Source: Eledone cirrhosa (lineage: Eukaryota). From it: DNA of 64,000 bases. Location: positions 176,700,001 through 176,764,000 of the forward strand of contig OZ024742.1 of the NCBI GenBank assembly GCA_964016885.1, given 5' to 3'. The notes beneath the pieces are model-generated. The model worked only from the letters and a program-made list of their open reading frames with translations. It did not search any database and was not told the DNA's origin. Within the stretch, counting starts at the first letter, position 1; each line of letters begins with the position of its first letter. This document shows, one piece after another, positions 42,080-57,102 of the stretch. The translations under genes and the position numbers were made by a program.

Positions 42080-42897
42080 GAGTTTTCTCCTTCAAAGTAA
42101 TCATCCTGGAGTATGTAACTGTAATCTTAGCTCTCTGCAGCGATCAAACCTTTTCCTTCATAATTTTATATACATGTCCTCTGTTTCAGGTCGTTAAGCA
42201 ATGAGCACAGAACAACGAATAAACTTGAAGTTTCTGGTATGGTTGGGGAAGACTCCGTCAGAAGCACTGGGATTGCTGCAGCAGGTGTCTAGTGATGAGG
42301 CGATGTCACCCTTACGTGTTTTTGAGTGGTGCAAGATGACCCCCATTAGTTGAAGGCCCTCAACAACCAGGACTGGGGTCAACGTGGAGCGCGTCAGGCA
42401 GATGGTGCGTAGCGATCGTCGGCTGACTGTTCGATTGATGGCAAATGAGCTGGGCATGAATCGGGACATTGTCTGGAAGATTCTTACTGAAGATTTGGGC
42501 ATGCGGAAAGTCTGCGGGAAGATGGTGCCAAAACGGCTGAACGATGACCAGAAGGGTCGACGCATGCAAGTGTGCCAGGACATCCTCGAGCGTCTTGAAA
42601 CCGAACCAGACTTGCTAGGGACAGTCATCACCGGTGATTAGTCATGTATCTTCGATTACGACCCGGAGGGGGCCCATTTTGAAGCCGTGGACGACATCAA
42701 AAAGGCCGTGACGACGGAACTGCGGATGATCCCGGAAGAATCCTTCCAGGAGTGCATGCAAGCGTGGCAGAAAAGGATCGAAAAGTGCATTAGACTCCAG
42801 GGGATTACTTTGAAGGAGAAAACGCTTAGTGTGAAGTTTGGGTTTGAAATAAATCTTTTGTGACTTCAGACCTGGAACTTTTCTGACACACCTCGTA
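42080..42897 (+). mobile_element. Internally deleted mariner element
   Basis: [42 protein letters not shown], then jumps to ..[13 protein letters not shown]; right TIR cctggaacttttctgacacacctcgTA. Confidence 0.9.
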
Positions 42898-42922
42898 CAT
42901 ATATATCCATATATATGTATAC

Positions 42923-43073
<151 letters not shown>

Positions 43074-43652
43074 CATATATATGTATGAGGGAGCTTATAG
43101 ATAGGACAACACACGCTGTCTTTTCGTGGGGTAAGTTTTTAATTAATTTTTGTATTCTGAAACATCAAAATACAACAATTTTTTGGTCACTGGACTCGGG
43201 AATGTCACGACAGAAGTTTGTGGAAGTTACACAAATATTTTAGTATATTTTAGCAGATCAATCCTTATTTATATTTTACATTTTACATTTACTTACATCT
43301 CAACATAACATGGCTAAAATTCAAATTTTGCTAAGAGAAGAAAACGGTCAAATGAACTAGATACATCTCACTGTCTCCACCACCACAATAACGTCTACAC
43401 TCTCTCCCCACCGTCACATGTCATTACCATACCATACCCTATCTAGACTAAAGTCATCGACTTGTTGTCAAACTCTCTACTCTCTGTTGAATGTATATAT
43501 ATATATGTGTGTGTATGTATATGTGTGTATATACATCATTCAGTCAAACAACCAGATTTCAACCCCAACATCTACAACAACAACAACACCGGCACTAATG
43601 TTTACAGCAACAACAGCTTCAGAATGAACTGAAATGAACATTTACAACAATT

Positions 43653-43685
<33 letters not shown>

Positions 43686-44089
43686 GTGGCATCAAACATA
43701 AAGAAGGGAAGGGAAAAGAAAAAAGAAAAGGGGAAGGGAAAAAATAAAAATAGAAAAAAATAAAAAACTCAAAATAACAAAACACACACACACACACAAC
43801 ACAACAACAACATCAACTGCTACCACCACCACCGCCACCGCCGCCGCCATCACCATCACCAGCGACCAGGCCTTAAGAAAAACAACTTTAATAATAATTT
43901 TTCTGCTTTTGGCACGGATCCAGCGACTGGCCCAGCGCATCACTGGTACTCTCTTTTGTTGACTCCGTGGAGAGCCATAACTCTATGCTGTAAATCAATT
44001 ATAGTAATACTGGACTGTAATACGATCGGCTTCAACTATACAAACTCTTGAAAGTCAACAGTTGACATAATCTTGTAATCTTGTATCAG

Positions 44090-44240
44090 TAATTGTTTCT
44101 ACTTTAGGCACAAGGCCAGCAAATACCCAGTGCATTACTGGTACTTTATTTTATCGACCCCGTAAGGATGAAAGGCAAAGTCAACCTCGGCGGGACTTGA
44201 ACTCAGATCGTAAAGGGACGTAACTATGCTGGAAAGCATG
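44090..44240 (-). mobile_element. tRNA-derived SINE
   Basis: Reverse complement of the SINE consensus. Confidence 0.9.
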
Positions 44241-44409
44241 CAGTAATGACGGTAATATATATATAAATATATATGTGTGTGTGTGCGTGTAAGTAAGGAG
44301 AGTAGCGTGTGTGTGTGTTTGTTGTATGTATGAGTGTTGCTGTGTGCACGCATATGTATGCGTGTGTGTGTCGTACGTATAAGTGTCAATAAGTGATTTT
44401 TTTTTTTTT

Positions 44410-47400
44410 GCGTGGGGACATAGAAATAATCGGGCTGGATGCCCGATCGCGCAGTTAAACCACTGGGAGTGAAGAACCCCTAGCCCTTGTCAGGGCATTC
44501 TTCTAGGAGAAGGCATCTCAGGAAACTGGGTTAACTCCGATATAAAACCTGCGGCTCAGTAGTTACCGATGATGTTGATGTTTTCTTCTTTTCGGGTTAT
44601 AGCTACTGTCGCTCAGAGAGTGGGATTGGCTCAGTGCACAGTCTTTCCTCACTTTAAAAATATTCGTCACGCACAGGCATTGCACGAGTGCATTAATAAT
44701 TATTAATAGTGTACTATTATTATTATTATTATTATTATTACTATTATTATTACTTTTTTTTTTTTTTTTTCAAATTCAATGATGTTCCAGAACAATGTAA
44801 ACGAGATAATTGCCAATTTAGGTTCTGGAACAAAAAAGATCATTGGCAATAAGGGCAGAGGCCGCAAGTTATCACAACAAGGGCCCGCCCGTCATCGTGC
44901 CATTGTAATAGAGCCAAACAGGACATTTAGTTTTGGCTGCTGGAACGTACGGACGCTGCTTGACAGGGATTCTTTGGAGCGTCCTGAACGAAGGACCGCT
45001 CTTGTTGCAAAGGAGCTTCGACGTTACGATCTTGACATCGTGGCTTTATCTGAGACGAGGTTAGCTGGAGATGGTCATCTTACGGAATTTTGTGGAGAAA
45101 ATACATTCTTCTGGAAAGGAAGAGATGAAGGAACCAGAAGAGAGGCTGGGGTAGGATTTGCTGTTAAGACTGTACTTGTGAATAAATTAGAAGAATTCCC
45201 AGTAGGGATTAGTGAGCGTCTTATGTCCATGAGAGTTCCGCTGGACAAGGGAAGATATGTTACCCTGGTGAGTTTGTATGCCCCAACTATGAATTCTGTC
45301 GATGAAGAAAAACTGTCCTTTTACCATGCCTTGAAATGTGTTCTAAGAAATATCCCTCAGGCAGACAAAGTCATCGTGCTTGGTGACTTTAATGCTAGAG
45401 TGGGTAGGGATTTTAACACATGGAATGTAATCGGAAGGCATGGGGTGGGAAAATGTAACAGCAATGGTATGCTCTTGCTGCAGTTGTGTGAGGAGCTGGA
45501 TCTGTGTGTTACCAACACCATGTTCCAACAACAGAACAAATTCAAGACCACATGGATGCATCCTGCATCTAAGGAATGGCATCTTTTGGACTACGTCCTA
45601 GTCAGGATGCGTGACAGACAGGATGTGCAGTGTGTTCGTGTTCTTCGTGGAGCTGAGTGCTGGACGGACCACCGCCTGGTACGCGCAAAAGTGAATCTAA
45701 TCACCAAATGTAAAATCCGGGCTCCTGGTGTTACCCTGCCCAAAAGATTGAATGCTGCTCGTCTTAAGGATAAAAATGTGAAGAGCACATTGGAAGAAGA
45801 GATGCAGGCTGCAGATCTTGGTGAGGATTGGCCGACCCTTAAAAAGTCGGTTTATGATGTAGGCAGACGTGTTCTGGGATTGGTGCAGAGAAAACATCAG
45901 GACTGGTTTAATGAGAATGATGTACATATAGAAGACTTGTTGGCTGATAAGAGGCGTGCTCTGTCACGCTACTTGACGGCAAAACCACAGGAGAGGAATA
46001 CGTTGCATGAGGAGCTCAGGGATGTAAAATCACGTGTTAGGCGGAGTCTTTCTCAGATGAAGGATCAGTAGTGGAGTGAGAAGGCTGGTGAGATACAAAC
46101 TGCATCTGATTGCAATAACACGAAGCTGTTGTACAGTCTCTTCCGTGAGGTTTATGGACCGTCTTCTTCTCTGGTGACACCGATTCGCAGCAAGGATGGC
46201 AAAGAACTTCTTCGTGACTCACAGGGAATTCTATGAAGGTGGCGAGAGCACTTTGATGATCTTTTGAATCAGCCGTCTGTCGTCAGTGAAGATTTCCTCA
46301 ATCTCATTCCGGAAAGTCCTGTGAAAGTAGCTCTCGCAGAACCTCCGACGCTTGCGGAGGTTGCAGTGGCTATTTCGAAGCTGAACAGTGGAAGATCTCA
46401 AGGTATGGATGGCATACATGCTGAGCTCCTACAATATGGTGGTGAGAGACTCCTGCAACATCTTCACTCTTTGTTTGGAAGGATATGGGCTAATTAATCC
46501 GTGCCTGAGGACTGGAGAGATGCAGTAATGGTGGTCTTGTACAAGGGAAAGAGTAACATGAATGATTGTGGGAACTACAGAGGTATATCATTGCTTTCTG
46601 TCGCAGGGAAGGTTTTATGTAGGGTGCTTCTGGACCGTCTGCTGACACACATTGCAGATTGTGTCCTTCCTGAAAGTCAATCTGGTTTTCGTGCTGGACG
46701 CGGCACTACTGATATGATCTTCTCAGCTAGACAGCTCCAGGAGAAGTGCATTGAACAAGGCTTGGATCTGTATCAGGTTTTTGTCGATCTGACAAAGGCT
46801 TTCGATACTGTCAACAGAGATGCATTATGGAAGGTTCTCCAGAAACTTGGTTGCCCTGATAAGTTCGTTGCTTTAGTTAGGTCTTTCCATGACGACATGA
46901 AGGCTTGGGTTAATGTCGGAGGTAACATGTCGGAGCCTATCTCAGTAAAAAATGGAGTGAAACAGGGGGATATTCCAGCACCGACCCTGTTTGCCATATA
47001 CTTTGCAATGGTTTTCTGTATTGCATTCAGGAATTGCGAGCATGGTGTTTACATCCGATATCGAACCTCAGGCAGCATATTTAACATCAGGCGCTTTGCT
47101 GCGAAGACAAAAGTATTTACATCAGTCATAAGAGACCTCTTGCATGCAGATGATTGCGATCTTGTAGCGCACACAGAGAGTGATATGCAGCACATTTTGA
47201 ATGCATTTTCTGACGCTTGCACTGCCCTGGGTTTGACTGTCAGTCTCAAGAAAACCGTCGTCATGTACCAACCTGCCCCTAGTAAGCAGTACACTGAACC
47301 AATCATCTATGTGTATGGCAAACGACTTGGGGTGGTTGATCAGTTTGTCTACCTGGGAAGCACTGTCAATCGATACGGCAACCTTGACAGTGAAATCTCA

Positions 47401-48332
47401 CTTAGGATTAGGAAAGCAAGTGATGCTTTCGGAAAGCTAGAAAGGCGACTCTGGGGTCGGCGAGACATATGCAGGAGGACAAAGTCAAAGGTGTACAGGG
47501 CATGTTTACTCTCTTGTCTTCTTTATGCCTGCGAGACCTGGTTCACATATCGACGCCACCTTAAGCAATTGGAGCGTTTCCATCAGATGTGTCTCAGACG
47601 GATCCATGGCGTTCACTGGAGGGACCCCATCAGTGATGTCGAGATTTTGGAAAGCTCTATGTGTGACAGTATAGAAGCTCTTGTGCTTAAGCAACGACTC
47701 CGTTGGAGTGGTCACCTTGCCAGGATGAAGTATTCTAGAATACCAAAACAACTCTTCTATGTAGAGTTGGTTAAAGGAAAACGACCGCCACATAAACCAA
47801 AAAACAGGTATAAGGATTCCTTGAAAGCCTCTCTGAAAGACGCTAACATCTCTGCTGATACATGGGAAAATATTGCTGCTGATCGTAATAAATGGAGAAA
47901 GACTGTATATGAGGGAAAAGTTGCCTTTGAGGCATCTCGAATCGCACACGAGAAAGTAAAGCGGGACGTGAGAAAGGGCATTGCTGTTGCACTTCCAGAC
48001 GGCGAGGGTCCTCCTATGGTGCTGACATGCAGCGTCTGTGCGAGACTCTGCCTAAGCAAAGCTGGACTCGAAAGTCATCTTCGCAGTCATAAAGTAAGAC
48101 CAGTGGTTGACTACCAGGCTGCTGTTGGAGATGCTACTCATCATGCTTGCCAAACATGTGGTAGAGAATGTAAATCAGCAGGAGGGCTCAAGCGACATGC
48201 AAAAGTACACGAACTCCAACCACAGCCGACTATTCCCAGTGAATGTTTTGGTTGCCGACTCTGTGCAAGACATTTTAGATCATTGGCTGGGCTAAAAAGC
48301 CACATTCGATCGCAGCACTGTTAGTTGCTATC

Positions 48333-48335
<3 letters not shown>
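44410..48335 (+). mobile_element. Near-full-length RTE/BovB-type LINE
   Basis: 5' UTR with cagggc..tctaggagaagg motif, APE-RT ORF, ends in (GT)n. Confidence 0.9.
44779..48324 (+). pseudogene. RTE polyprotein (AP endonuclease + RT + 3 C2H2 fingers) with three in-frame stops
   Basis: WNVRTL, LSETR, GDFNA, LDY, TDH; NYRGISLL, DLTKAFD, GVKQGD, HADD, FVYLGS; one frame throughout with TAG 46069, TGA 46234, TAA 46495. Confidence 0.93.
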
Positions 48336-48380
<45 letters not shown>

Positions 48381-48540
48381 GCTTATGTGCGTGCGTGTGT
48401 GTATATATATATATATATGAATATGTATATTATTATTGTTGTTGTCGTTATTATTATTATTGCTATTATTATTATTATTATTATTTTTTTTTTTTTTTTT
48501 TTCTTCTCGTGCAATGGCCATACTCGATAACGAGGGGGCA

Positions 48541-48662
<122 letters not shown>

Positions 48663-49585
48663 GTACAATTTATATAAGGTAATTTGCCCGATTGTCTCAA
48701 CAATTATTCTTAGTGATCGACTATTATAATGCTCACTTACCCACGCGTGCGTGTGTGTCGATGTAAATTCTATTTTATATTTTCCTATTAGACGGTCTTA
48801 ATTTATTGTATTTAATGGCCAAATGCCTTGAAGGAATGTTGAGTGAAACGTGTGTTGAAGCTGATCAGAAATCTGTTTCCCTAAACATGCCATTTTCACT
48901 TCGTGCCTGTCATAAATTATTGATAACGTACGTATTACAATGACTATACAAAATAAAATTATAAAACAATCAGCATAATGGATTTGTAACTTTAACAGCT
49001 ACATATTTAGTAGGGATCGTGGAACCTAGATACACGACTACTGCTTGTTTTATTAACTTCCAGATTAATGAAACAACCTTAGCCAGATTTGAATTCTTAA
49101 CGGAAACGGTTACAACTAAATGCCGCATTATATTTCGCTCGCTGATGTATTAATTAGACCAATCCATCGCCCTTATGACGAAGGCACGCATGCTAGGGCT
49201 TAGGGTGTTTAGCTCCTGACCAGTCATCTTGGATCCTTTATTATAAATAATTTAAGGTCGTGTGAAATCAGCAAACGCTAATGTCTAATGAGCTTCTGAG
49301 CTTGGAACAGATTTTAATGTGAATTCGAATCCCTTAAGATTACATCAGCTGTACTTATATACATCAGTTGTACTTATATACATCAGTTGTACTTATATAA
49401 AATTGAGTTCGAGAAATATGATGTAAGAAATCATAATAATAATTGATATTAGAATAACCCTGTCAGAATTTAACATAAAAACAATATATTTACCAGGAAT
49501 ATTTGGAGGTAGAGACGTTATGCAACTAGAAATCCATTACAAATTGCCCACTACAGGACTACCAATATATCAAGTGAAGAATAAT

Positions 49586-49792
49586 GATTTCTTATATAGG
49601 CACAAGGCCAGCAATTTTGGGTGAGAGGAAAGTCGATTAAATCGCTCCCAGTGAGTGACTAGTACATTATTTTACCGACCAAGTAAGGATGAAAAGTAAA
49701 GTTAACCTCGGCGAGATTTGAACTCAGTTCATAAAGGGCCGTAACTCTATACTGCAAAGCATGGCGTCTGACCCTCTACCGATGCTGCCAAA
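49586..49792 (-). mobile_element. Older tRNA-derived SINE
   Basis: aaggatgaaaagtaaagttaacctcggcgagatttgaactcag..ctctaccgatgctgcca. Confidence 0.8.
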
Positions 49793-50226
49793 CGATGAAT
49801 TACAAATGAATAACAAAACAAAATCAGGAGGCTGAAATGACAGACGGGTATAAAGATAAAGAAGAATGAAAAGAAATCAGTTTGTTATTATTATTAGTGG
49901 CCACCAGGAAATGGAGATTTTTCTAATTGAAATATGAGTTTGAACAGGTGATAATGTATCGCTTCCGAAATGGAGAAATACTGAAAAAAATCTGTAATAA
50001 TCGGTGTGTTGGCAATGAAAAGAAATATGTAGACAAAAAAGATAACTCCATATTTTGTATATATGCACGACATACAGAAACAGGCTCAACCAGGCTCTGT
50101 ACACATATTATGCCAATAGTGACAGTTTACTGACAATACAACGTAAGTAAAAAACAATGGACATAACCATAATACACAGTGCTGTATTCAACTGTGCATT
50201 GAAATCACGCATTGAAAATAAGCTTA

Positions 50227-50285
<59 letters not shown>

Positions 50286-50801
50286 CCGGAGACTAAAGGA
50301 ATTATAAAGACTTGAAAGGAAAAAGAAAAAAAGAATATCAATGACAAGAATGATCACAGAGAAGAAGAGTTATTCCGTAATAAAACGAAAGTATAATATA
50401 ATATTTTCTGTAGGACTACGAAAATAGAACAAAAGCAACCAGTTACAAGGCATAAAAAAAGCATCGAACAATGACGAAACATAAGCAAACAACATAGCAA
50501 ACAAAATCGGAAGTATGTACATGAAACATTGTGTATTAACAAAGAGGACTGAGACTTAAAGCTGGCCAACTGGCTTTCCATCTAGTTTTTCAAACTACAA
50601 AAACAATGAAAGAGAATACAAAAAGTAATTGCAGAATATATGTAGAATCTATGAAGAAAACGATCAATCACATTGTTTCTTAGATAAAATAAAGTATATA
50701 AAGATATATGACAGAGTTGGAACATTCATACAGAGGAAACTAAGCAAGTAGTAGGGAAATTGCCAAGAATAGAGGGGTAAGAGAGATAGAGAAATAGATA
50801 G

Positions 50802-50921
<120 letters not shown>

Positions 50922-50969
50922 AAAACAACACCAACGCCACCGTGTATAATATTAGAGAAATACAAAGTA

Positions 50970-51330
50970 AGCATAGTCTGTTATATGCCGATTCACACAG
51001 ACAGGGAGATTAAGGTAATTACTCAGACATTATTGTCAAAGATAATCAGATAAAATATGTCGCCCAGTAAATGTATGAATTCAAACGGATGACAATATAT
51101 CTTCCAAGAAAATTGAGAAACTCTCCATATATAATAAATAACTGGAAATAAAGATAACCAAAATGAGGGTAGGAGAAATAGAGAAAAAACCCCCCAAATA
51201 ATAGATATCTTAGCAATAGCAACACGAAATGGAATTGAATGGTTCTCCGTCAATTTCGATGAGAAGTTATTGTGACTGAGCATTCCATAGATACGTGTAC
51301 CCTAAATATACATCTCAGGAACATTCAGCA
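50970..51330 (+). pseudogene. Degenerate R4/Dong RLE fragment
   Basis: Broken frames give MPIHTDREIK, DIIVKD and QTDDNISSKKIEKLS. Confidence 0.55.
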
Positions 51331-51967
51331 TGACACAATATATAACAAAGCTAATTCTTTGAATTACAGGTAGAATCCATCTGACGGTTTTCCCCAAATT
51401 TTTTTTTGTCTATGTAATTAACCCACGAAGCTCTGTTAAACAATAATTGCCCCAGGATGCCACACTGTGAGACCCAACCAGGAAACATCTTAACCCTTCG
51501 GCCATGTTGACACCTTAAAGAAGATATCGGCAATGCAGTCATACGAAACATACAGAAAATAGCAGTAATAGGTCCGACTCACCAATACCAAAGAGGTCTT
51601 TCAATACAATCGAAATCAAAGCGCCACACGCGGCCAAACCACATACAACCGTGCTCAAAGATGCGGCGAATATTTCCAATAAAGATATAAGATTACTTTA
51701 AAATAAATCATGTTATATCTGACTTCTAACAAAACTTCTTATAATAATATTTTCATTATTGGTACCTCGGTCACGTCACGAAATTCTAATCTTATTAAAG
51801 GTATGTTCCTTGGTTTGTATATAATAGCTAGAGTCTTACTCGCCATGTGAGAAGTAGTATTGGAAATATAACTTTGTGAATTTGGTCTTCTTCTTCTTAT
51901 CGTGTCCACACTTATAACTGTTGGGTCAACGCCAAGTAATGAATGATACACCTGTAATTGTAGACGC

Positions 51968-52290
51968 AACATAGCTGATTGTTTAAGGAGTTTGCTTCCC
52001 ATGTTTAGGTCCCTGATTCGATTCCTCCATCCAGACATCTTGGACAAATGACATTTACTGTGAAATTGAAAAAATGAGAAGGAAGCTGTTTGTAAGTCCA
52101 TCGGATTGATGATACTTATAATTCAAAGGGCCAGCGTCCCATATTGCTTATATCATGCTAATTTGCCATTGTAATTACATTAAAGATACACAAATCCCTG
52201 GAATATTGAACTAATTTAAAGTTAATTCATGAATGGGATGTTCTGTAGATCGAAAAACTAAATGCTCATTTTAGAAACCGACGGAGGACC
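51968..52290 (+). mobile_element. Degenerate SINE of a second family (relics also near 23880-24400, 39090-39410, 60020-60180)
   Basis: tRNA-like head tagctgattgtttaaggagtttgcttccc..gattcgattcc and body ttcaaagggccagc..gatcgaa.aact..accgacgga. Confidence 0.55.
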
Positions 52291-53009
52291 TAAATTACCT
52301 CTACCGATTCTGTGGGAAGAAGACTTCAATATTTCCATACGTATTAGTGCGTGGAGTCTAACTAACCATAGTTCCAGGGCCAAATAAAACCATTAAAAAA
52401 ATCAATATTTATTGTGAAGTTTGTGAACTTCTAGCCAGCTCAGTCTACAAACTGATTTAATTAATGTCCGTTTACATACACAACTCCGTTAACCTTGCTA
52501 ATGCACTTTCAACATAAGACACGACTGTTTATCAATTTTATTTCTTTCCTGCCAGAAATCTCAGCTTTAGTTAAATTTCTAAAATAAAAACAACAAAAAT
52601 TAAATAAACAAAGTATATATTTTTTAAAACATTCTATTTATTAATTTTTTTTACGATATTAGAAGACACTTAAGAAAAGAAAAATATACATATATCAAAA
52701 TAACAGTCTGCAGATATTGCTGAGAAGTGTATCAAATACGTTAATATATTTACTATCTCTCTTGACAATTTTGGTTACAGACGCTACTGTATGTTCCAAT
52801 TTGATTAAATTAGTTAAAATGTAATAAATTCCATCTGATGCAATCCATGTAAATTTGCTCAATAAAATATATAGGAGTAATAAGCTGAATTAGAATTTAC
52901 TGAGCGCTTATCTATATAAAACATGATGTCTGTGATTTCCTCTGTGAGCCTAACGTGTCTGTCATTGAATCTATTTTGTCTGTCTCTGACTAACGTTTCT
53001 GTTTGTAAA

Positions 53010-53420
53010 TTTATTTTGTCTGTCTGTGAATTTAACTTGTCTGTCAACGAGTCTAACTTGTCTGTCAGTGAGTCTATTTTGTTTGTCAGTGAGTCTAACT
53101 TGTCTGTTTTTGAGTCTAACTTGTCTGTCAGTGAGTCTAACCTGTCTTTCTGTGAGTCTAACTTGTCTGCCAGTGAGTCTAACTTGTCTTTCAGTGAGTC
53201 TAACTTGTCTGTCAGCGAGTCTAACATGTCTGTCTTTCAGTCTAACTTGTTTGTCAGTGAGTCTAACTTGTCTGTCAGTAAGTCTAACATGTCTGTCCTT
53301 GAGTCTAACTTGTCTGTCTTTGAGTCTAACTTGTCTGTCTTTGAGTCTAACTTGTCTGTCTTTCAGTCTAACTTATTTGTCAGTGTGTCTAACTTGTCTA
53401 TCTGTGAATCTAACTTTGTG
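53010..53420. repeat. 21-bp minisatellite (about 19 units, gagtctaacttgtctgtcagt)
   Basis: Direct reading; minus frame gives heptads DKLDSLT with two TGA-containing units. Confidence 0.9.
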
Positions 53421-55083
53421 AATATATTCCAACTGATTTGTAGTAAATAAACAATGTTGATTTAAATTAAATAAAACACAAAAGCAGATATTTTGCTGCG
53501 AGTTCGTATCATTTGTGCATGAAATATGTAGTTTTCCCATTTTATATATTTGTAAATATTGACGAGCCGAAAACCCTCCAGAGGACAATGTTTCCATATA
53601 TCTTATATTTATAACATCTAGGTTCATACCACTCCAAGACAAGGAAATGGTGAACTCTTTATAGCGTAGGGCAAAATCTATTTCTAAACTAATTGCGGCT
53701 GAGTTTAAATCTTACCAAGATTAACTTTCATGGCTTCATAAAGTACCAGTCCAGTGTAGTGAAGTGACGGAATTGCTAGAGAGTCGAACGTGGTGCCTTG
53801 CATTATTTGTACCACGTTAAAATATATGCGGCATTTGAGGGCGATAATTTAACTTATCAATCATTCAATCAACGTCAATATCTGAACCTTTGTACATTCT
53901 TTAGAGAAGCCCATTCTGTTGCATACAGTCTGGAAAAACCTCTTGTTTCAGGTGCTTCTTACCTTCTGACCAGCCACGAAAGCCATGTAAAAGAGCAATG
54001 GACACATGTAAAACATACAAATAAGTCGAATCAAATCGTTTTCTGGAGAAGAAAAACGCAAGAAATGTACATGGCTTGATTGTCAAATAGGAAAAAAGAA
54101 ACAATGTTTCAATAGGTATTTCCATTGCTCTATTATCTACAAGTCGTATCTACGGGCAGAAAGAAGTGTAATTTGAAATGCCAGGCTACTCTTCAGTAGT
54201 TCCTCTGAACTGGTATTTCTCTGTCGACCGTGAAATCATGAAAAGTTGTCTTTGGCGAGATTTGAACTCAGAGAATAGAGTAATGAAAAATAATCGAGAC
54301 ATTTAATCCAACGCATTTCCGTCTCTGTCAGACACAAATCAGAGAGATATTTTGAAAAATCTAAAGGCAGAACAAAAAACAATTAATCAGTAAATGACGC
54401 ATATGATGTTTGAAACAGAAGACAAATTCTTCAGATACAATGACAAGCTTATTAATAAAGAAGAACTACGGAAACTGAAGCTGGAAATAACAATGAAATA
54501 TAGTGAACAAAAGAACTTTATATAGGTAGAAAAATCAATGAAAACTTTGAAGTCAAATAGTTGGCAGACGTTCAAAGCATCATGAAAATTTGGTAAAGAC
54601 TCAGAGATAGTTTAATTTGGGGAACAATCGCGAAAGTTTTGTTTTGATTTGTCTAATTCGGCGAAACTGCTACTCTAGTGGTATATGATTGAATGAAATC
54701 ACAGAGCGTAGATTTTGCTTCTTCTTAAGTTGCAGCGACGGAATGTGTAATCTAGCGCTGGTTTTAACGGTTTAGTCGATAGATGTTCTCCGCTCTTAAT
54801 GATGGTGTCTGGGAAGAAAGATGATATGTGATCTTGTCCTTTATTTTTACCTAGATTGCTTTTCAAACTAATTCAATTGATAACTAAGATAGTAAGATAG
54901 TAATATATAAAAGATTGATTTGTGGTAAGAAGTCACTCGTACAAGCAATGATTTAGATGTCTATTTGCCATTTACTATATGATAGTCATCGACAGAAATA
55001 TTAGAAGAAATAAACACGCTCGAAGCCGACGCACGCACACACACACACAGAACCCCCCCCCCACACACACACACGCACACACA

Positions 55084-55122
<39 letters not shown>

Positions 55123-55208
55123 ATACACACACACACCCATACACACACACACACAGTCACACACACACATCTCTCTCTCTCTATATATATACATACGTGC
55201 ATAAATGC

Positions 55209-55279
<71 letters not shown>

Positions 55280-55362
55280 TGTATATACATACATAAATAT
55301 ATATTTCTATGGATACACCACGCCCGCACACACATATATATATATATTTATACGACCATACG

Positions 55363-55408
<46 letters not shown>

Positions 55409-55796
55409 CATATAGTTGAGAAAATTGGGTAAAATATCCATAGCAAAGGTAGAAAAATCTGTATAACACAATGAATCGCTCGGTTGCAAGTCGGGTGTAA
55501 TTATTCGTACACTAAAGCGTCCCTGAGAACTATTTCCATTATTTTAGATGTTTGGCCTCTAGCTAGACGTCAAACGACTGACTTAAGAATATTTGAGAAA
55601 ATGCCCGGCTGGGGAATCATTAGTATAATGGTTGTCTTAGTCATCCGGCACGGAGAAATATAGCTGTGAAGATTTGGTAAATTACCGCTGTAGACGGAAG
55701 TATGAGGACAGTGGTGCCTGCTAGATGTCTCAACATCCATCTCATATATATGTATGTATATATATATATGTCTGTGTATATATATATATATGTATG

Positions 55797-56008
<212 letters not shown>

Positions 56009-56061
56009 ATATATATATATAATAAATAAGTCAAATATTTAAAATTTGGCTTTGTTTATTA

Positions 56062-56114
56062 CTGCTATATATATTTCGGTGACAGCCATCTTTGGCTGTG
56101 ACCTCTTCAGGCAG
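56062..56114 (-). ncRNA. Type-I hammerhead ribozyme
   Basis: ctgc-CTGAAGA-ggtcacagcca-aaga-tggctgtcacc-GAAAT-atat-ATA-gcag, followed by aataaa. Confidence 0.85.
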
Positions 56115-56228
56115 TCCGAATTCGTGTGGTAGAGACGGGTACACATGTTGTTGAGGTGTTTAACTTCTTCGATACTACGATATGCCCAGTTCCTGGTTGG
56201 GTTGTTATATCCCTGAGGAACTGGAATC

Positions 56229-56259
<31 letters not shown>

Positions 56260-56266
56260 TACACAC

Positions 56267-56308
<42 letters not shown>

Positions 56309-56591
56309 ACTCGAGCTATTTGAAGAGAGCTTAGTTAGTGTTATCAGAGTTTAATACACTTAATATGTGCGCTACCAATGTTTCCGGGGTCCAGTTCTGA
56401 CCACCACTGTATAATGGAGGAGACACTTTTTAACTGGCCCTTAATTCAAACACGTGCACGTGGACGATAAAAATTTGCCACATGCCTCAATGAAGACCAA
56501 GTATAAAAGTGCCTCCATTACAGTGGTAGCCAGAACTGGATCACGAAACCATTGGTAGCACATACATTTTAAGCGTATGAAACTTTGTTTA

Positions 56592-56629
<38 letters not shown>

Positions 56630-56637
<8 letters not shown>

Positions 56638-56657
56638 CCACACATATATTTGTGTAA

Positions 56658-56688
<31 letters not shown>

Positions 56689-56744
56689 TACAAATGTACA
56701 CAGCCACACATATATATTTGTGTAAATATGTATATATATATATG

Positions 56745-56830
<86 letters not shown>

Positions 56831-56877
56831 TACACAGCCACACATATATATTTGTGTAAATATATATATATATATAT

Positions 56878-56938
<61 letters not shown>

Positions 56939-57034
56939 TACACAGCCACACATATATATTTGTGTAAATATATATATATATATATGTGTATGTATATATA
57001 TATAAATACACACAGCCACACCTATATATTTGTG

Positions 57035-57076
<42 letters not shown>

Positions 57077-57102
57077 TACACAGCCACACATATATATTTG
57101 TG

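Noticed and set aside
46069-46497. Programmed readthrough or selenocysteine in the RTE ORF
   Set aside because: Three different stop types (TAG, TGA, TAA), each one substitution from a sense codon, plus YADD reading HADD; ordinary decay
51739-52101. 120-aa minus ORF
   Set aside because: Overlaps the antisense of a SINE head; no recognisable domain
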